Of a stretch of DNA of 49,475 nt, positions 17,006-25,751 are shown one piece after another. The DNA comes from a virus (lineage: Duplodnaviria; Caudoviricetes). The position numbers and the translations under genes were made by a program. Location of the stretch: IMG/VR virus record IMGVR_UViG_3300017700_000528, positions 1 to 49,475 of that record. One strand, written 5' to 3'. Position 1 is the first letter of the stretch. Each line of letters starts with the position of its first letter. Below the pieces are notes generated by a model. That model saw only the letters and a list, made by a program, of their open reading frames with translations. It did not search any database and was not told the origin of the DNA.

Positions 17006-17337
17006 CGGGTGGCTCCGGTCGCATTGGCGAGGGCCTCTTTGATGATGGCCAGCGTTCGCTCGATCATCTCTTTCGGGGTCGGGTGAACGAGCCTGCCGCC
17101 GTCCGGGTGCAGGGCGTCCAAGGCGTGCGCTGCGCATTCCAGTGCAACGAGCATGATTGGCGCGGCAGCGATCAATCGGGCGTTGGCCTCGGTAGGCCCA
17201 TCGCTCGTCATGAAGCAAATCCGCATGTTCGGGTCGTTGGCTTGCCTCACATGGATGTTGTGAGGCGGCCCGTCATACGACCAAGGCGCGGGCGAGTGCG
17301 AAAGCGTCATGTAGGTGTCGTCATGGATGCTTTTCAT
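17002..17337 (-). CDS. Phage protein with HTPGPW/ANARLIAAAP-type motifs
   Basis: HSPAPW and ANARLIAAAP motifs common in small early phage genes. Confidence 0.7.
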   Translation of the reverse strand: MKSIHDDTYMTLSHSPAPWSYDGPPHNIHVRQANDPNMRICFMTSDGPTEANARLIAAAPIMLVALECAAHALDALHPDGGRLVHPTPKEMIERTLAIIKEALANATGATR

Positions 17338-17528
17338 GGCGTTGTCCGATCTTTGCGCCAGTCGTCGAATGCTGCTTGGCATAGGGCGGCAGCGCCAGGG
17401 TCGCTCGGGCACCGCCTGTGCATCTCGTAGAGTGAGATGATCTGCTCCGCCTTCTTGTTGCCTTGGAAGGTGTCGTACTCGATGTCTGAGACATAAGGGC
17501 GTAGCGTGGCTGAAAGCGATGGTGTCAT
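17334..17528 (-). CDS. Hypothetical protein
   Basis: Coupled ORF chain. Confidence 0.5.
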   Translation of the reverse strand: MTPSLSATLRPYVSDIEYDTFQGNKKAEQIISLYEMHRRCPSDPGAAALCQAAFDDWRKDRTTP

Positions 17529-17532
17529 GGGG

Positions 17533-17694
17533 TTAGTGCTGGAATGTCTTGGCGAGTGGCCAGATGGTGAAAAGCGCACCGACCGCAATGAGCGCGGCGC
17601 CTGGCCCCCACTGCATCCAGCAACCCGCCGCCAGCGCAATGATGCCGGCAAGCCACACGAACAACTCGAATAGCTCATAACTTTTGTCGTTCAT
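17533..17694 (-). CDS. Small two-TM protein
   Basis: GGAGGG RBS; hydrophobic. Confidence 0.6.
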   Translation of the reverse strand: MNDKSYELFELFVWLAGIIALAAGCWMQWGPGAALIAVGALFTIWPLAKTFQH

Positions 17695-17738
17695 CTTCCC
17701 CTCCAAAAACCTGTACTTCTCTCTCAATGGTGTGGCCG

Positions 17739-18059
17739 TTACGCCGCAGCGCGCAGGTCACGGCCGGCGCTTTTTGATGCGGCACCTTCAAGCCTCCCGC
17801 ACCATTCGGCATATTCGGTTTGGACCGACTCGCTCTTTTGGCAGTCCTGAATGCCGAGACTGGCGATCTGGTCCACTCGAAACGTGGCTTCGCCGGACTC
17901 GTCGGTAACAGTGACCGTCTCAGTCCGATCATTTTTGAACGCGCGATAGTTTTCCATCGCGGTCTTGAGAGCCGCATAGGCGTTCTTTGCTGCGGGATCG
18001 CTGCTGAAAAGGAACTTCTGAGACGACCCCATAACGAACATCACTTGAATTACGTGCAC
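17739..18059 (-). CDS. Hypothetical protein
   Basis: AGGAGG RBS. Confidence 0.6.
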   Translation of the reverse strand: MHVIQVMFVMGSSQKFLFSSDPAAKNAYAALKTAMENYRAFKNDRTETVTVTDESGEATFRVDQIASLGIQDCQKSESVQTEYAEWCGRLEGAASKSAGRDLRAAA

Positions 18060-18116
18060 TCATCCCTCCTGTTGCAAAAATGCGGCATCACATACGCGCG
18101 TCGGCAGTAGTGTCTC

Positions 18117-18326
18117 CTAACCACCGCCGCTTTTGAACGACGTGTTCCTCGGCTTCCATTGCGACTGCGGGACCTCCACGAAAATCCCCTCCTGGTTCAG
18201 CCAGGCCGCGAGCATTTCGTTGCTGCTGACCTGGAAACCGCGCGCCGCAAGGCGTTGGATCACGTCAGGCAATCGCGGCTTGGTGCCGGCGAATTGCGAG
18301 ACTTCCGTTCGGAGCTTGGTGATCAT
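18117..18326 (-). CDS. Hypothetical protein
   Basis: GGAGG RBS, ATGA overlap. Confidence 0.55.
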   Translation of the reverse strand: MITKLRTEVSQFAGTKPRLPDVIQRLAARGFQVSSNEMLAAWLNQEGIFVEVPQSQWKPRNTSFKSGGG

Positions 18327-18673
18327 CGTCTCACGACCTCCCCGCCGATTTTCTTCTTGAATGGGTCATCCTTGCCGTAGCCCCATCGGTGATGGCTGGT
18401 CTTCTTGATGCCCAAGTGCTTGGCGCGCACGCGATCTGACTTCGCTTTCACTGGCGCCTCGGCGGATGTCTTCTTCCGCGCGCAACCTTCGTGTGCAGGC
18501 CCCATGTTCCGTTCGTCGTCGGCGCCGCCAAGCCACAGCGGCTTGATGTGCTCGACAATCCATTTGTCCCCGAGCGCGGCATTGATCTTTGTGTAGCAAA
18601 GGCAACAGGTGCCTTGCGCATTGTCGAAGATGCGAACGCGGGCGAGGCGGGAGAGTTTCTTTCGTTCAGACAT
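18323..18673 (-). CDS. HNH endonuclease
   Basis: CCLC..EHIKPLWLGGADDERN..H..C..KT. Confidence 0.85.
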   Translation of the reverse strand: MSERKKLSRLARVRIFDNAQGTCCLCYTKINAALGDKWIVEHIKPLWLGGADDERNMGPAHEGCARKKTSAEAPVKAKSDRVRAKHLGIKKTSHHRWGYGKDDPFKKKIGGEVVRR

Positions 18674-19166
18674 GGCGCCATATCTTCCTAGCCTTGATCC
18701 TGCCGATGAGCGCCTTATTGACGCTGTAGGCATCGGCAATGATCCTGTGGAGTCTGGTGTCTAAGCGAATGTCGATAATGTCACGCTCAGTGAGCTTGGC
18801 TTTCTTGTGCGCGGAGCCGCGCTGGCGGCGAAGGTCATCACCTCCGGTGAACTGCCCGCGGGTTCGCCCCTTGGCGTGCCGGTCCGCGGTGTTGTCCCAG
18901 TTCGTCCCGATAAACAGATGACCCGGGTTGACGCAGATGGTGTTGTCGCAGCGGTGGCACACAAACATATTCGGCGGGATGGGGCCGCGCGCCAGTTGGT
19001 ACGAGTATCGGTGAGCGCCCATTTCTTTCCCATCGATCTTTACTCGGCCGTATCCGGTGCTGGCGACGTTGCCGAGCCACCGCCAGCATTCATCGGCTTC
19101 TCCGGTTTTGACGAAGGACCAGAAATCATCCTTCTTTGGCCGGAAACTGCGTCGCCGCTTTGCCAT
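18666..19166 (-). CDS. HNH homing-type endonuclease
   Basis: CWRW, GYG, AHRYSY, CHRCDNTICVNPGHL, GT..DN and C-terminal HTH. Confidence 0.88.
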   Translation of the reverse strand: MAKRRRSFRPKKDDFWSFVKTGEADECWRWLGNVASTGYGRVKIDGKEMGAHRYSYQLARGPIPPNMFVCHRCDNTICVNPGHLFIGTNWDNTADRHAKGRTRGQFTGGDDLRRQRGSAHKKAKLTERDIIDIRLDTRLHRIIADAYSVNKALIGRIKARKIWRHV

Positions 19167-19681
19167 CACGCTGCCTTCCCTACATTCGCCGCCGCCTCGC
19201 GCGCATCCACGCCGCAGAGACCCCAAGCAAGATCGAGAACCTTGTCCTTGCTCTCCTGAAAGACCTTCTTGCCCATCGCGCGCATCGACTGGCTCTTGGC
19301 CGTGTAGACGGTGACCAGCCCTTCGGTGACGGTCACGATTGCGAAGTCATCCATTGGCTTCACGAATGCGGCGATGCGCTGGGCCTCGGCCTTGGACGAA
19401 CAGGCGATTGACCGTTCGTCGCGATAGCCGGCGCGGATCAGGCAGTATTTGCGGAGGTGATCGGTCGTCGGAAATTGCTGCGCGGCTTCCTCGGGGAGGT
19501 TGTCATGCGCCTCATTGAGCGAGCCGAAATAGTGCTTGTGGCTCGCGGCCGACCGCTGCTCACATGGCGCCAGCGCGTATTTCTCCCCGACCACGAAATG
19601 CTTGTCGGCAAGTCGCGGGTGAACCGGAATCATGGCTTCGCCGTCATAGGCGAAAACGAGCGGAGGGATGCGATCGCTCAT
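19166..19681 (-). CDS. NinB/DUF1367-like recombination accessory protein
   Basis: RS..SH.HYF and KSQS..AMG..F..SK motifs; follows the exonuclease. Confidence 0.6.
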   Translation of the reverse strand: MSDRIPPLVFAYDGEAMIPVHPRLADKHFVVGEKYALAPCEQRSAASHKHYFGSLNEAHDNLPEEAAQQFPTTDHLRKYCLIRAGYRDERSIACSSKAEAQRIAAFVKPMDDFAIVTVTEGLVTVYTAKSQSMRAMGKKVFQESKDKVLDLAWGLCGVDAREAAANVGKAA

Positions 19682-19682
19682 A

Positions 19683-20321
19683 TCATCCTGCCTGTAGGAT
19701 GTTGTCGGGCTCGCAGAGCCGCTTGAGTTCGCTGACCTTCTTCGCGACTTCGGCAAGGAAGGCGGTGACTTCCTTTTCCAGTTCAGCAATCGCCAAGTCG
19801 TCGCGCTGGATGCGACGAACGAACAGGCGCATCGAGTCCGGCAGGCGGGGGTCAAAGGAAACGAAGTCGCACCACTGCCGCCCGGTGCAGGCAAGCTGCC
19901 ACATGATTTGCGTGACGTACTTGCCGGGCACGTTCTGACCGAGCAGGGTGTCAATGTGCGTGGCGGTGTTGGGGCACTTGACCTCGACCAGCCCGTCAGC
20001 GCCAACCAAACCGTCAGGGCTCGCGCCCGACATGCTGACCTTTGGATGCGGGACGAACGCCACGCGCTCAATCTCGGCGTTGGTTAGAAACTCATAGGCC
20101 GCCAGCGCGTCGGGTTCCTTCTTGGTGCCCCACTGCATCGCCTCGTTGGTGAAGGTCTCGCCCCTGTTGCCGGTCAGCCGCTCGGCCACCAACTCGGCCA
20201 TATAGTTGGCGCGCGAGGCGCTATATCCGCTCTTGGTCTTGGCAACGACATCGGCAATGCGCGAGGCGGTTGCCTTGCCGAGGCGCATTGCAATCCACTC
20301 GTCCGATCCCTGGTCCATCAC
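19683..20321 (-). CDS. Lambda exonuclease/YqaJ-family nuclease
   Basis: QGSDEW..RLG..TAS, MQWG..EP, GASPDG, EVKCP and Q..WQ. Confidence 0.93.
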   Translation of the reverse strand: MMDQGSDEWIAMRLGKATASRIADVVAKTKSGYSASRANYMAELVAERLTGNRGETFTNEAMQWGTKKEPDALAAYEFLTNAEIERVAFVPHPKVSMSGASPDGLVGADGLVEVKCPNTATHIDTLLGQNVPGKYVTQIMWQLACTGRQWCDFVSFDPRLPDSMRLFVRRIQRDDLAIAELEKEVTAFLAEVAKKVSELKRLCEPDNILQAG

Positions 20322-21124
20322 TTCTGTTCCTTCTGTGCGGCCTCGCGCTCGGCGCGCTTCTTGGCGGTTTCGTTGATCAGCGTTTTGGCCGCCTCGAATT
20401 TGTCCACGCCGATTTGCGTCAGGCTTTCGAGCTTGATGGTCTTGAGGAACAGGACGAGGTTTGATTTGGTGGCGGTCAGCAGATCGCTGAGTTCTCTTAC
20501 CTGTTCGTCGGAGATCGTCGCGCCATGGTTGCTGGCGCCGTTGCCGTCATCGTCCTGCCCAACAGCGAGGTTAAAAATCATCAGCAGCAGATAGCGTCTG
20601 CCGTAGGTGATCGCCGCGCCCGTCGCGTGGGTCTTGGTCATGACATCACCACCCTTGGCGCCCTTGCCATCGGCTGGCATGTCGATGTGATAGTGACGGG
20701 TGAAGCCGCCGTTCGATACGGAACACGCTACGCGCACATGATCGGCGGGAGCGCCTTCACCCGTGTTGAAGCTCAGGCCAAAGCCATGCTTGGTGTAGAT
20801 CGGACGAATGGTGCGATCCAAGGCGGCATAGGAGGCGTACCGGCTCTTGGTCTGAGGGTTGTTGCTGTCCGTTGCGATGCGCAGCATTTCGGATTGCGCG
20901 TTCTTCATCGCATCGTTGAAAAGCTGTTCCGCTTGGCGCGTGGTGATCTGCTCGTGCATCGCCATGAGCCGTTCCAGCTTGTCGATGTTTACGGTCGGAT
21001 CGCTGGCGGCGCGTGAGATAACGGCCATAAGGCTTTCGGCATCGTTGCGGACGGCGGGCAAGGATGCCTGCGCCTCAACCACGATTTCCTGCGTCGGCCG
21101 CTCGCGTGTCGCTGTACTCATCAC
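20318..21124 (-). CDS. erf: ERF-family ssDNA annealing protein
   Basis: N..TKSRYASY, GAAITYGRRY and DDDGN. Confidence 0.9.
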   Translation of the reverse strand: MMSTATRERPTQEIVVEAQASLPAVRNDAESLMAVISRAASDPTVNIDKLERLMAMHEQITTRQAEQLFNDAMKNAQSEMLRIATDSNNPQTKSRYASYAALDRTIRPIYTKHGFGLSFNTGEGAPADHVRVACSVSNGGFTRHYHIDMPADGKGAKGGDVMTKTHATGAAITYGRRYLLLMIFNLAVGQDDDGNGASNHGATISDEQVRELSDLLTATKSNLVLFLKTIKLESLTQIGVDKFEAAKTLINETAKKRAEREAAQKEQK

Positions 21125-21439
21125 TCAAACTCCCTGTTTAATTTTCCAGACGATGGCCGAACTACCGGACGGGCTTGGCCTTCGCTCTCCGCTGTCAACG
21201 ATGAGGCCCGCGTCACGAAGCTCTCCGCGCCGCTTGCCAAGTGAGGTCTGCAAACCTCCGAGACGCGCTGCCAGTTCGTGGTCCGTATGGCCGCCATGTT
21301 CGCGTAGTGCTGCCAGGACATTTTCGTGAACCTCTCGCGGGCGAAACTTGTTGGCTGCGGCGTGTGACGTGTCAGGATCGGAGCGACGAGCGCCCGGCCC
21401 CTTCCACGTCAGCAGCGATAGTTGGTCGGTAGCGGTCAC
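21125..21439 (-). CDS. Winged-helix protein
   Basis: ARRSDPDTSHAAA, T..ELA, RR.EL...GLI and SG....VW. Confidence 0.7.
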   Translation of the reverse strand: MTATDQLSLLTWKGPGARRSDPDTSHAAANKFRPREVHENVLAALREHGGHTDHELAARLGGLQTSLGKRRGELRDAGLIVDSGERRPSPSGSSAIVWKIKQGV

Positions 21440-21510
21440 GGCTCGAACACCACCAAGCAGAGGATCGAAAGTACGAGGAAGCCGACAACGATTGCGCCGA
21501 GGATTGCCAT
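21436..21510 (-). CDS. 24-aa membrane peptide
   Basis: MAILGAIVVGFLVLSILCLVVFEP; GGAG RBS. Confidence 0.45.
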   Translation of the reverse strand: MAILGAIVVGFLVLSILCLVVFEP

Positions 21511-21515
21511 GTCCG

Positions 21516-21758
21516 TTACTCCGCAGCCGGGTTTTTGTGCGCCCAGAAGCGCGCCGCATTGAGCGTTGCGAATGATTTGATGTACTTCTCGCGAAGGTAG
21601 ATGGACCAACGATTGCGACTGCCGTGAATGCAGTAGGCTCCGCAACGATAGAAACCCGCGCGCACCTTCTCGAAAGACTGAGCCACCGTTCGCACCTGCT
21701 TTTCGAGGTGCGCCAGCATCCGCTCTTGATGTTCGAGTGAGACGTTGGTGCGCATCAC
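21516..21758 (-). CDS. Hypothetical protein
   Basis: Coupled to the upstream gene. Confidence 0.55.
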   Translation of the reverse strand: MMRTNVSLEHQERMLAHLEKQVRTVAQSFEKVRAGFYRCGAYCIHGSRNRWSIYLREKYIKSFATLNAARFWAHKNPAAE

Positions 21759-22066
21759 GCCACCTCGGCATACAGGCGAACCTCGTTCGCAATGTCGAAC
21801 CCGGCGTGGCGCTCGATGAACTCGATGGCGTCGGTCGTGATGACCTCGCCTCTGGAGTTGTTCGCCAGTTCGCGGGCCGCATCCTCAGTCACGTCCCTGC
21901 ACCAACCCTCGACAGGGTTAAACGACAGGACGGAAACCGGATGGGTCACGTTGCCCGACATGATCAGGGCAACCGCTTGTGCGAACGTCAGGCCCGGCTC
22001 GACTTCCGCGAAATACAGGGTGCCGTCGTTGGCGCGGGCCTCGATGAGGTGGCTGTCGATGTCCAT
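21755..22066 (-). CDS. First gene of the leftward early operon
   Basis: AAGGGGA RBS just downstream of OL. Confidence 0.65.
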   Translation of the reverse strand: MDIDSHLIEARANDGTLYFAEVEPGLTFAQAVALIMSGNVTHPVSVLSFNPVEGWCRDVTEDAARELANNSRGEVITTDAIEFIERHAGFDIANEVRLYAEVA

Positions 22067-22092
22067 GTCGTTCCCCTTGTTCGATGGGGGAC

Positions 22093-22187
22093 GTTACCAT
22101 AATGGAAACCAGACGCAAGAGAAAAGTTGCCTTAGTGGAAACTATTTTGATACGCCAATGGCGTCAGTGAGTTACCACTGTTGCGAC
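22093..22187. promoter_or_regulatory. Left operators (three 17-bp sites) and PL
   Basis: GTTACCATAATGGAAAC 22093, GTTGCCTTAGTGGAAAC 22126, GTTACCACTGTTGCGAC 22171; TTGCGT..TAACGT on the minus strand. Confidence 0.8.
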
Positions 22188-22538
22188 TCAGCGAGCGCGG
22201 CGGGCTTTGGCGGTGGCGGCGAGGAAATCGAGGGTCGCCTCGTGGACCCCTTCACCCATTTGCCCCGCAATCGCGTCCAGGCTGGGCAGGGCGGGCTTAT
22301 CCTTCGGCGGGGGCAATCGGTACAGATCGGCCACAGGGCGCTCTATGGCCTCTGCGTAAGCCGCTATGACGCCAAGGGTGAGGTGGCCAGGCTTGGCGTT
22401 CTCCCACCGGGAGACCGTCCCCTTGTCCACAGGGGGCTCAAACCGCCCCCCGAGCTGTTCAAGGGTCAAGTCCTTCCAATCCCGCCACTCGGCGAGAAAG
22501 ACACGAACGGGGCGTCTGGGTCCGATTCTAGGCGGCAT
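22188..22538 (-). CDS. CI-like XRE repressor (no peptidase domain)
   Basis: LAEWR...LTLEQL...KGTVSRWEN HTH; divergent from cro. Confidence 0.85.
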   Translation of the reverse strand: MPPRIGPRRPVRVFLAEWRDWKDLTLEQLGGRFEPPVDKGTVSRWENAKPGHLTLGVIAAYAEAIERPVADLYRLPPPKDKPALPSLDAIAGQMGEGVHEATLDFLAATAKARRAR

Positions 22539-22623
22539 TGCCAGTATGGTAACTGGTCATGGGCCATAAATCGTCTGCCAAAGTGGAAACTTCCCCTTGC
22601 GCCATGGTTTCCATTATGGTAAC
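22537..22623. promoter_or_regulatory. Right operators (three 17-bp sites) and PR
   Basis: ATTGCCAGTATGGTAAC 22537, TCTGCCAAAGTGGAAAC 22574, GTTTCCATTATGGTAAC 22607; TTGCGC-17-TAACCA. Confidence 0.8.
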
Positions 22624-22631
22624 CATCGGAA

Positions 22632-22844
22632 ATGGACGCTACCCACCCACTCAAGCAGTACCGCGAAAGCAGGAACCTCACGCTTGAGGAGCTTGCCAAA
22701 CAGATCGGCGTTCCGGCGCCAACCATCTCGCGCTGGGAGAACTACAAGCGCGCCCCGCGTAGGGGCGCAATCGATCTCATCGTTGAGAAAACGGGCCTGT
22801 CGAAGGCCGAGGCGGCTGGTTTTCAACGGGAGCCCGCCGAATGA
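22632..22844 (+). CDS. cro: Cro-like HTH protein
   Basis: LTLEELAKQIGVPAPTISRWEN. Confidence 0.85.
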   Translation: MDATHPLKQYRESRNLTLEELAKQIGVPAPTISRWENYKRAPRRGAIDLIVEKTGLSKAEAAGFQREPAE

Positions 22845-23188
22845 GAAACCCGCCTCGTCGCGACGTGGATTCCTCGGGCGGCATGACGCTTGCCAGCGGT
22901 AAGACACTGCGGATGGCCCGCGCGCTTCACGGCCACCACGAGCCGACAAGCGCGGAGCTTCGGATGGCTCGTCACATGGCGCAGGACGGCAAGAGTTGGG
23001 CCGAAATTCACGCTGCGATGGGCTGGCGCTGCCAGATGCAAACTACCATCAATCGGCTCAAGAAGTTCAACATTTTCTCGCGCGTCGGAACCAAGACGCA
23101 ACTGGCCTCCAAGTTCGGCGGCAACACGCGGTTCAACCAATCCAACACCTGCAACTTCAGCGTCTGGAAGCCGCGGGTGTTGGCATGA
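22841..23188 (+). CDS. Hypothetical HTH-like protein
   Basis: ATGA overlap with cro; GKSWAEIHAAMG. Confidence 0.55.
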   Translation: MRNPPRRDVDSSGGMTLASGKTLRMARALHGHHEPTSAELRMARHMAQDGKSWAEIHAAMGWRCQMQTTINRLKKFNIFSRVGTKTQLASKFGGNTRFNQSNTCNFSVWKPRVLA

Positions 23189-23190
23189 CC

Positions 23191-23460
23191 TCAGTGCACA
23201 AAGCTTGCGATGGTGGCGAGGCCGTCCTTTGCGCGCCGCGTCAGGTGCGTGGCAAACGCCGCCATCATCTGCGCTGCGATGCTCGGCACCGCGCTCATCG
23301 GCGTAATCACCTTCACGACGACGACGCGCTCGCCCTGGTGCTGCCGAACGGAAACCCAGCAGACGTTGTGCTCCATGATCTGGATGTCCCCCAGATCGTC
23401 GGCGTAAATCTCCGGTGCTATTCCGGTGTCGATCGGGGACTTGGCGGTCAGTTCGTCCAT
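23191..23460 (-). CDS. Antisense hypothetical protein
   Basis: GGGAG RBS before ATG 23460; fills the gap in the rightward operon. Confidence 0.65.
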   Translation of the reverse strand: MDELTAKSPIDTGIAPEIYADDLGDIQIMEHNVCWVSVRQHQGERVVVVKVITPMSAVPSIAAQMMAAFATHLTRRAKDGLATIASFVH

Positions 23461-23579
23461 GATGAAGCTCCCGGCAGTGTGGTTTTTTTTGATCACACGC
23501 AACTATGCCGGGACTCCCGCAAAAGAAATGGTCGATTTTATACAGATTTAAGACGCTATCCTCACGTTCAAACCCACCC

Positions 23580-23588
23580 TGTGGATAA
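23580..23588 (-). promoter_or_regulatory. Consensus DnaA box
   Basis: TGTGGATAA = TTATCCACA in an AT-richer intergenic stretch. Confidence 0.35.
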
Positions 23589-23657
23589 CGTTGAAAAGTA
23601 CGTATGTGACATCTTGCCTTCGGAACAATCATCGGTCGTTGCGCCGGTAAGCGTTCA

Positions 23658-23756
23658 TCAGCCCATCAGGGCTCGGTATAGCCCATACACGATCAGCACC
23701 ACTGCGAAGGCGCAGGCCAAAACGAGTGTGATCTTCGCATCATGCCGTAGGTGCAT
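23658..23756 (-). CDS. 32-aa antisense membrane peptide
   Basis: MHLRHDAKITLVLACAFAVVLIVYGLYRALMG; AGGAG 9 nt upstream. Confidence 0.55.
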   Translation of the reverse strand: MHLRHDAKITLVLACAFAVVLIVYGLYRALMG

Positions 23757-23852
23757 TCTAACCATCTCCTATCCTCAGAAGATTTTGGGACAACTGCCGG
23801 CGCGTTGCGCGGCGCATTCACGTTTAGTGCCCAACGATTTGGTGGCGCTGCG

Positions 23853-24161
23853 ATGAGCAAGCAGCTCACGTTCACAACACTCGGCGGTGAGGTCGTCACG
23901 GCGCAACAGCGCGGCAAACACTACGTCGAACCGCGTGGCTATTTCTATCATCCCGGCACCGGCCCTGAGGGTGAGACGTGCGGCTCCTGCAAGCACATGA
24001 TCCGCAAGCGCATGGGCGGCACGTATCTCAAGTGCCTCCTCAGTCGTGCGCGCTGGACCGGAGGTCGCGGCTCTGACGTTCTCGCGAAAGCGCCGGCCTG
24101 CAAATATTGGGAAGCCCTCACAGCGACCATCTCCACATCCGATAGCGGTTCGGGCGCATGA
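23853..24161 (+). CDS. Cys-rich hypothetical protein
   Basis: PGTGPEGETCGSCKH, KC and ACKYWE. Confidence 0.7.
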   Translation: MSKQLTFTTLGGEVVTAQQRGKHYVEPRGYFYHPGTGPEGETCGSCKHMIRKRMGGTYLKCLLSRARWTGGRGSDVLAKAPACKYWEALTATISTSDSGSGA

Positions 24162-24400
24162 CAACAACGACGCCCCAAGACCTCGACGCCGTGTGCCTGC
24201 CAAGGGCGGACCCTCCCTCCGCTTGCGCTTCTCTGAGCGCGTCGCACGGCGTCGAGACCAACACTGATCCAGTCACGGAAGGCAAGCTTGCCGCGCTCGA
24301 CTGGTTCCTCGGATACGGCGAAAGGCCCACCGATCCCGAACGCACAACAGTGGCAATCGGTGAGCCCACGTCCCGCACGGGAACAGGGAGGGCAGCATGA
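24158..24400 (+). CDS. Hypothetical protein
   Basis: ATGA overlaps at both ends. Confidence 0.5.
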   Translation: MTTTTPQDLDAVCLPRADPPSACASLSASHGVETNTDPVTEGKLAALDWFLGYGERPTDPERTTVAIGEPTSRTGTGRAA

Positions 24401-24477
24401 GCAACGTCGGATCTGCCTTTGCAGGTATCGCCATTGCTCTGCTGTTGCTGGGGATCGTTCTGTTGTTTGGGGCTTAG
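24397..24477 (+). CDS. 26-aa membrane peptide
   Basis: MSNVGSAFAGIAIALLLLGIVLLFGA; GGGAGG RBS. Confidence 0.55.
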   Translation: MSNVGSAFAGIAIALLLLGIVLLFGA

Positions 24478-24541
24478 TTTTTCGACGACGGCGCGGGCTG
24501 CGTCGCCAATGTGTAGCCAATGTGAGTGCGGGGGGTTCGAC

Positions 24542-24898
24542 ATGCACGGGAGTCTAAGCGGTGAGGAAATTGCAGCAACAAACGGCGCGGCAGGATCAAG
24601 CCCCGATAATCCAAGGGCAAGTGATCGCGGCAACATCTTGCCGCAACACGATTTCGCGTTGTTTGCCAATGACGTGTGGACGGTCAAAGCGCCGGCTGCT
24701 GTCGAGCAATACACAGGGCGGCCTAGTCGGACCTGTCGTTCGTGGTGCGCCGACATCGAGGCGCCGTCATCCGCTGTGTTTGCGATCCTCCGCGACAAGG
24801 AGGGCTATCGCTATCTCAAGCGGGTCATGCGCGACGACCCACCGGAATGGTGGGCGAACTTCCAGCTCGCGCTACAGGCATTGGAGTCGATGAAATGA
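24542..24898 (+). CDS. Possible CII-like regulator
   Basis: HTH-like AVEQYTGRPSRTCRSW; position before replication genes. Confidence 0.5.
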   Translation: MHGSLSGEEIAATNGAAGSSPDNPRASDRGNILPQHDFALFANDVWTVKAPAAVEQYTGRPSRTCRSWCADIEAPSSAVFAILRDKEGYRYLKRVMRDDPPEWWANFQLALQALESMK

Positions 24899-25107
24899 GC
24901 AAGGAAATTACACTTGATGAAGTCCGCGCCGCCATCGGCACAGACACACTAAAGGCCATGCACAAGATGGCCGAGGCCATCGCCTGTCAGGCTGAGACCA
25001 CTGCGATGATCGTCCCTGACGGGATGTCAGCAGAGCAAGCTCTGCGAGACTTTGCAGCGGCCATACGCAACACCAACGACGCGATGTTCCAACACCTGAA
25101 AAACTAA
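24895..25107 (+). CDS. Hypothetical protein
   Basis: GGAG RBS, ATGA overlap. Confidence 0.6.
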   Translation: MSKEITLDEVRAAIGTDTLKAMHKMAEAIACQAETTAMIVPDGMSAEQALRDFAAAIRNTNDAMFQHLKN

Positions 25108-25166
25108 TCGGGGAGACCACTAATGTCGTTGCATGAGTGCAGAACAGCAGAACAAAGGGGAGCGTC

Positions 25167-25751
25167 ATGGACGGTTTGCGTAGCGCAGTGTTGAGGGCGA
25201 AGTTTGCGAGTCATACGCCAGTTGCGGTCCACCACCCTCCGCGGCTGATCGAGGTCATCCGTGAGGTAGAGGTCGCGCCTCCGCCGCCTACCGAAAAGAA
25301 ACCTGTGGAAGTTACGGCCGACGAGTTGTTGGCTCTAACCGAGCGTTTCTGTGCTCTTGAGCGCAAGATTTCCAAAATTATGCACATCGTCGGTTTGCAT
25401 GATGAGAGCCCAATAGTGGGGCCAAGGTTCGTCATGCTGGCCGACATCCGGCGCGAGGTCCGGGAATACTACGGCGTCACGGACGCAGAACTTGACCAGC
25501 CGACGAAGGGGAGGGCGTCCGTCTACACGGCGCGGCAGATCGCGTTCTTTCTGTGTCGCAAGCTGACATCACGATCCTGGCCGGCGATCGGCCAAGCTTT
25601 TCACCGCGACCATACCTCGGCAATGCATGGGGTGGAGAAGATCAGGGCACGGATGCTCACGGATGAGCAGATGAGCGCCGACATTGCGAAGATCGAAGAA
25701 AACCTAGGCGCGCTCCTTCGCCGCCGGCAGGAGGCAGCGCAAGCCGAATGA
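25167..25751 (+). CDS. Protein with DnaA C-terminal (domain IV) HTH
   Basis: V..YYGV...L, ARQIAFFLCRKLT..S...IGQAF.RDHTSAMHG..KI. Confidence 0.85.
   Translation: MDGLRSAVLRAKFASHTPVAVHHPPRLIEVIREVEVAPPPPTEKKPVEVTADELLALTERFCALERKISKIMHIVGLHDESPIVGPRFVMLADIRREVREYYGVTDAELDQPTKGRASVYTARQIAFFLCRKLTSRSWPAIGQAFHRDHTSAMHGVEKIRARMLTDEQMSADIAKIEENLGALLRRRQEAAQAE

Noticed and set aside
22996-23856. 286-aa plus-strand ORF
   Set aside because: Overlaps better-supported genes on both strands; no RBS or motifs.
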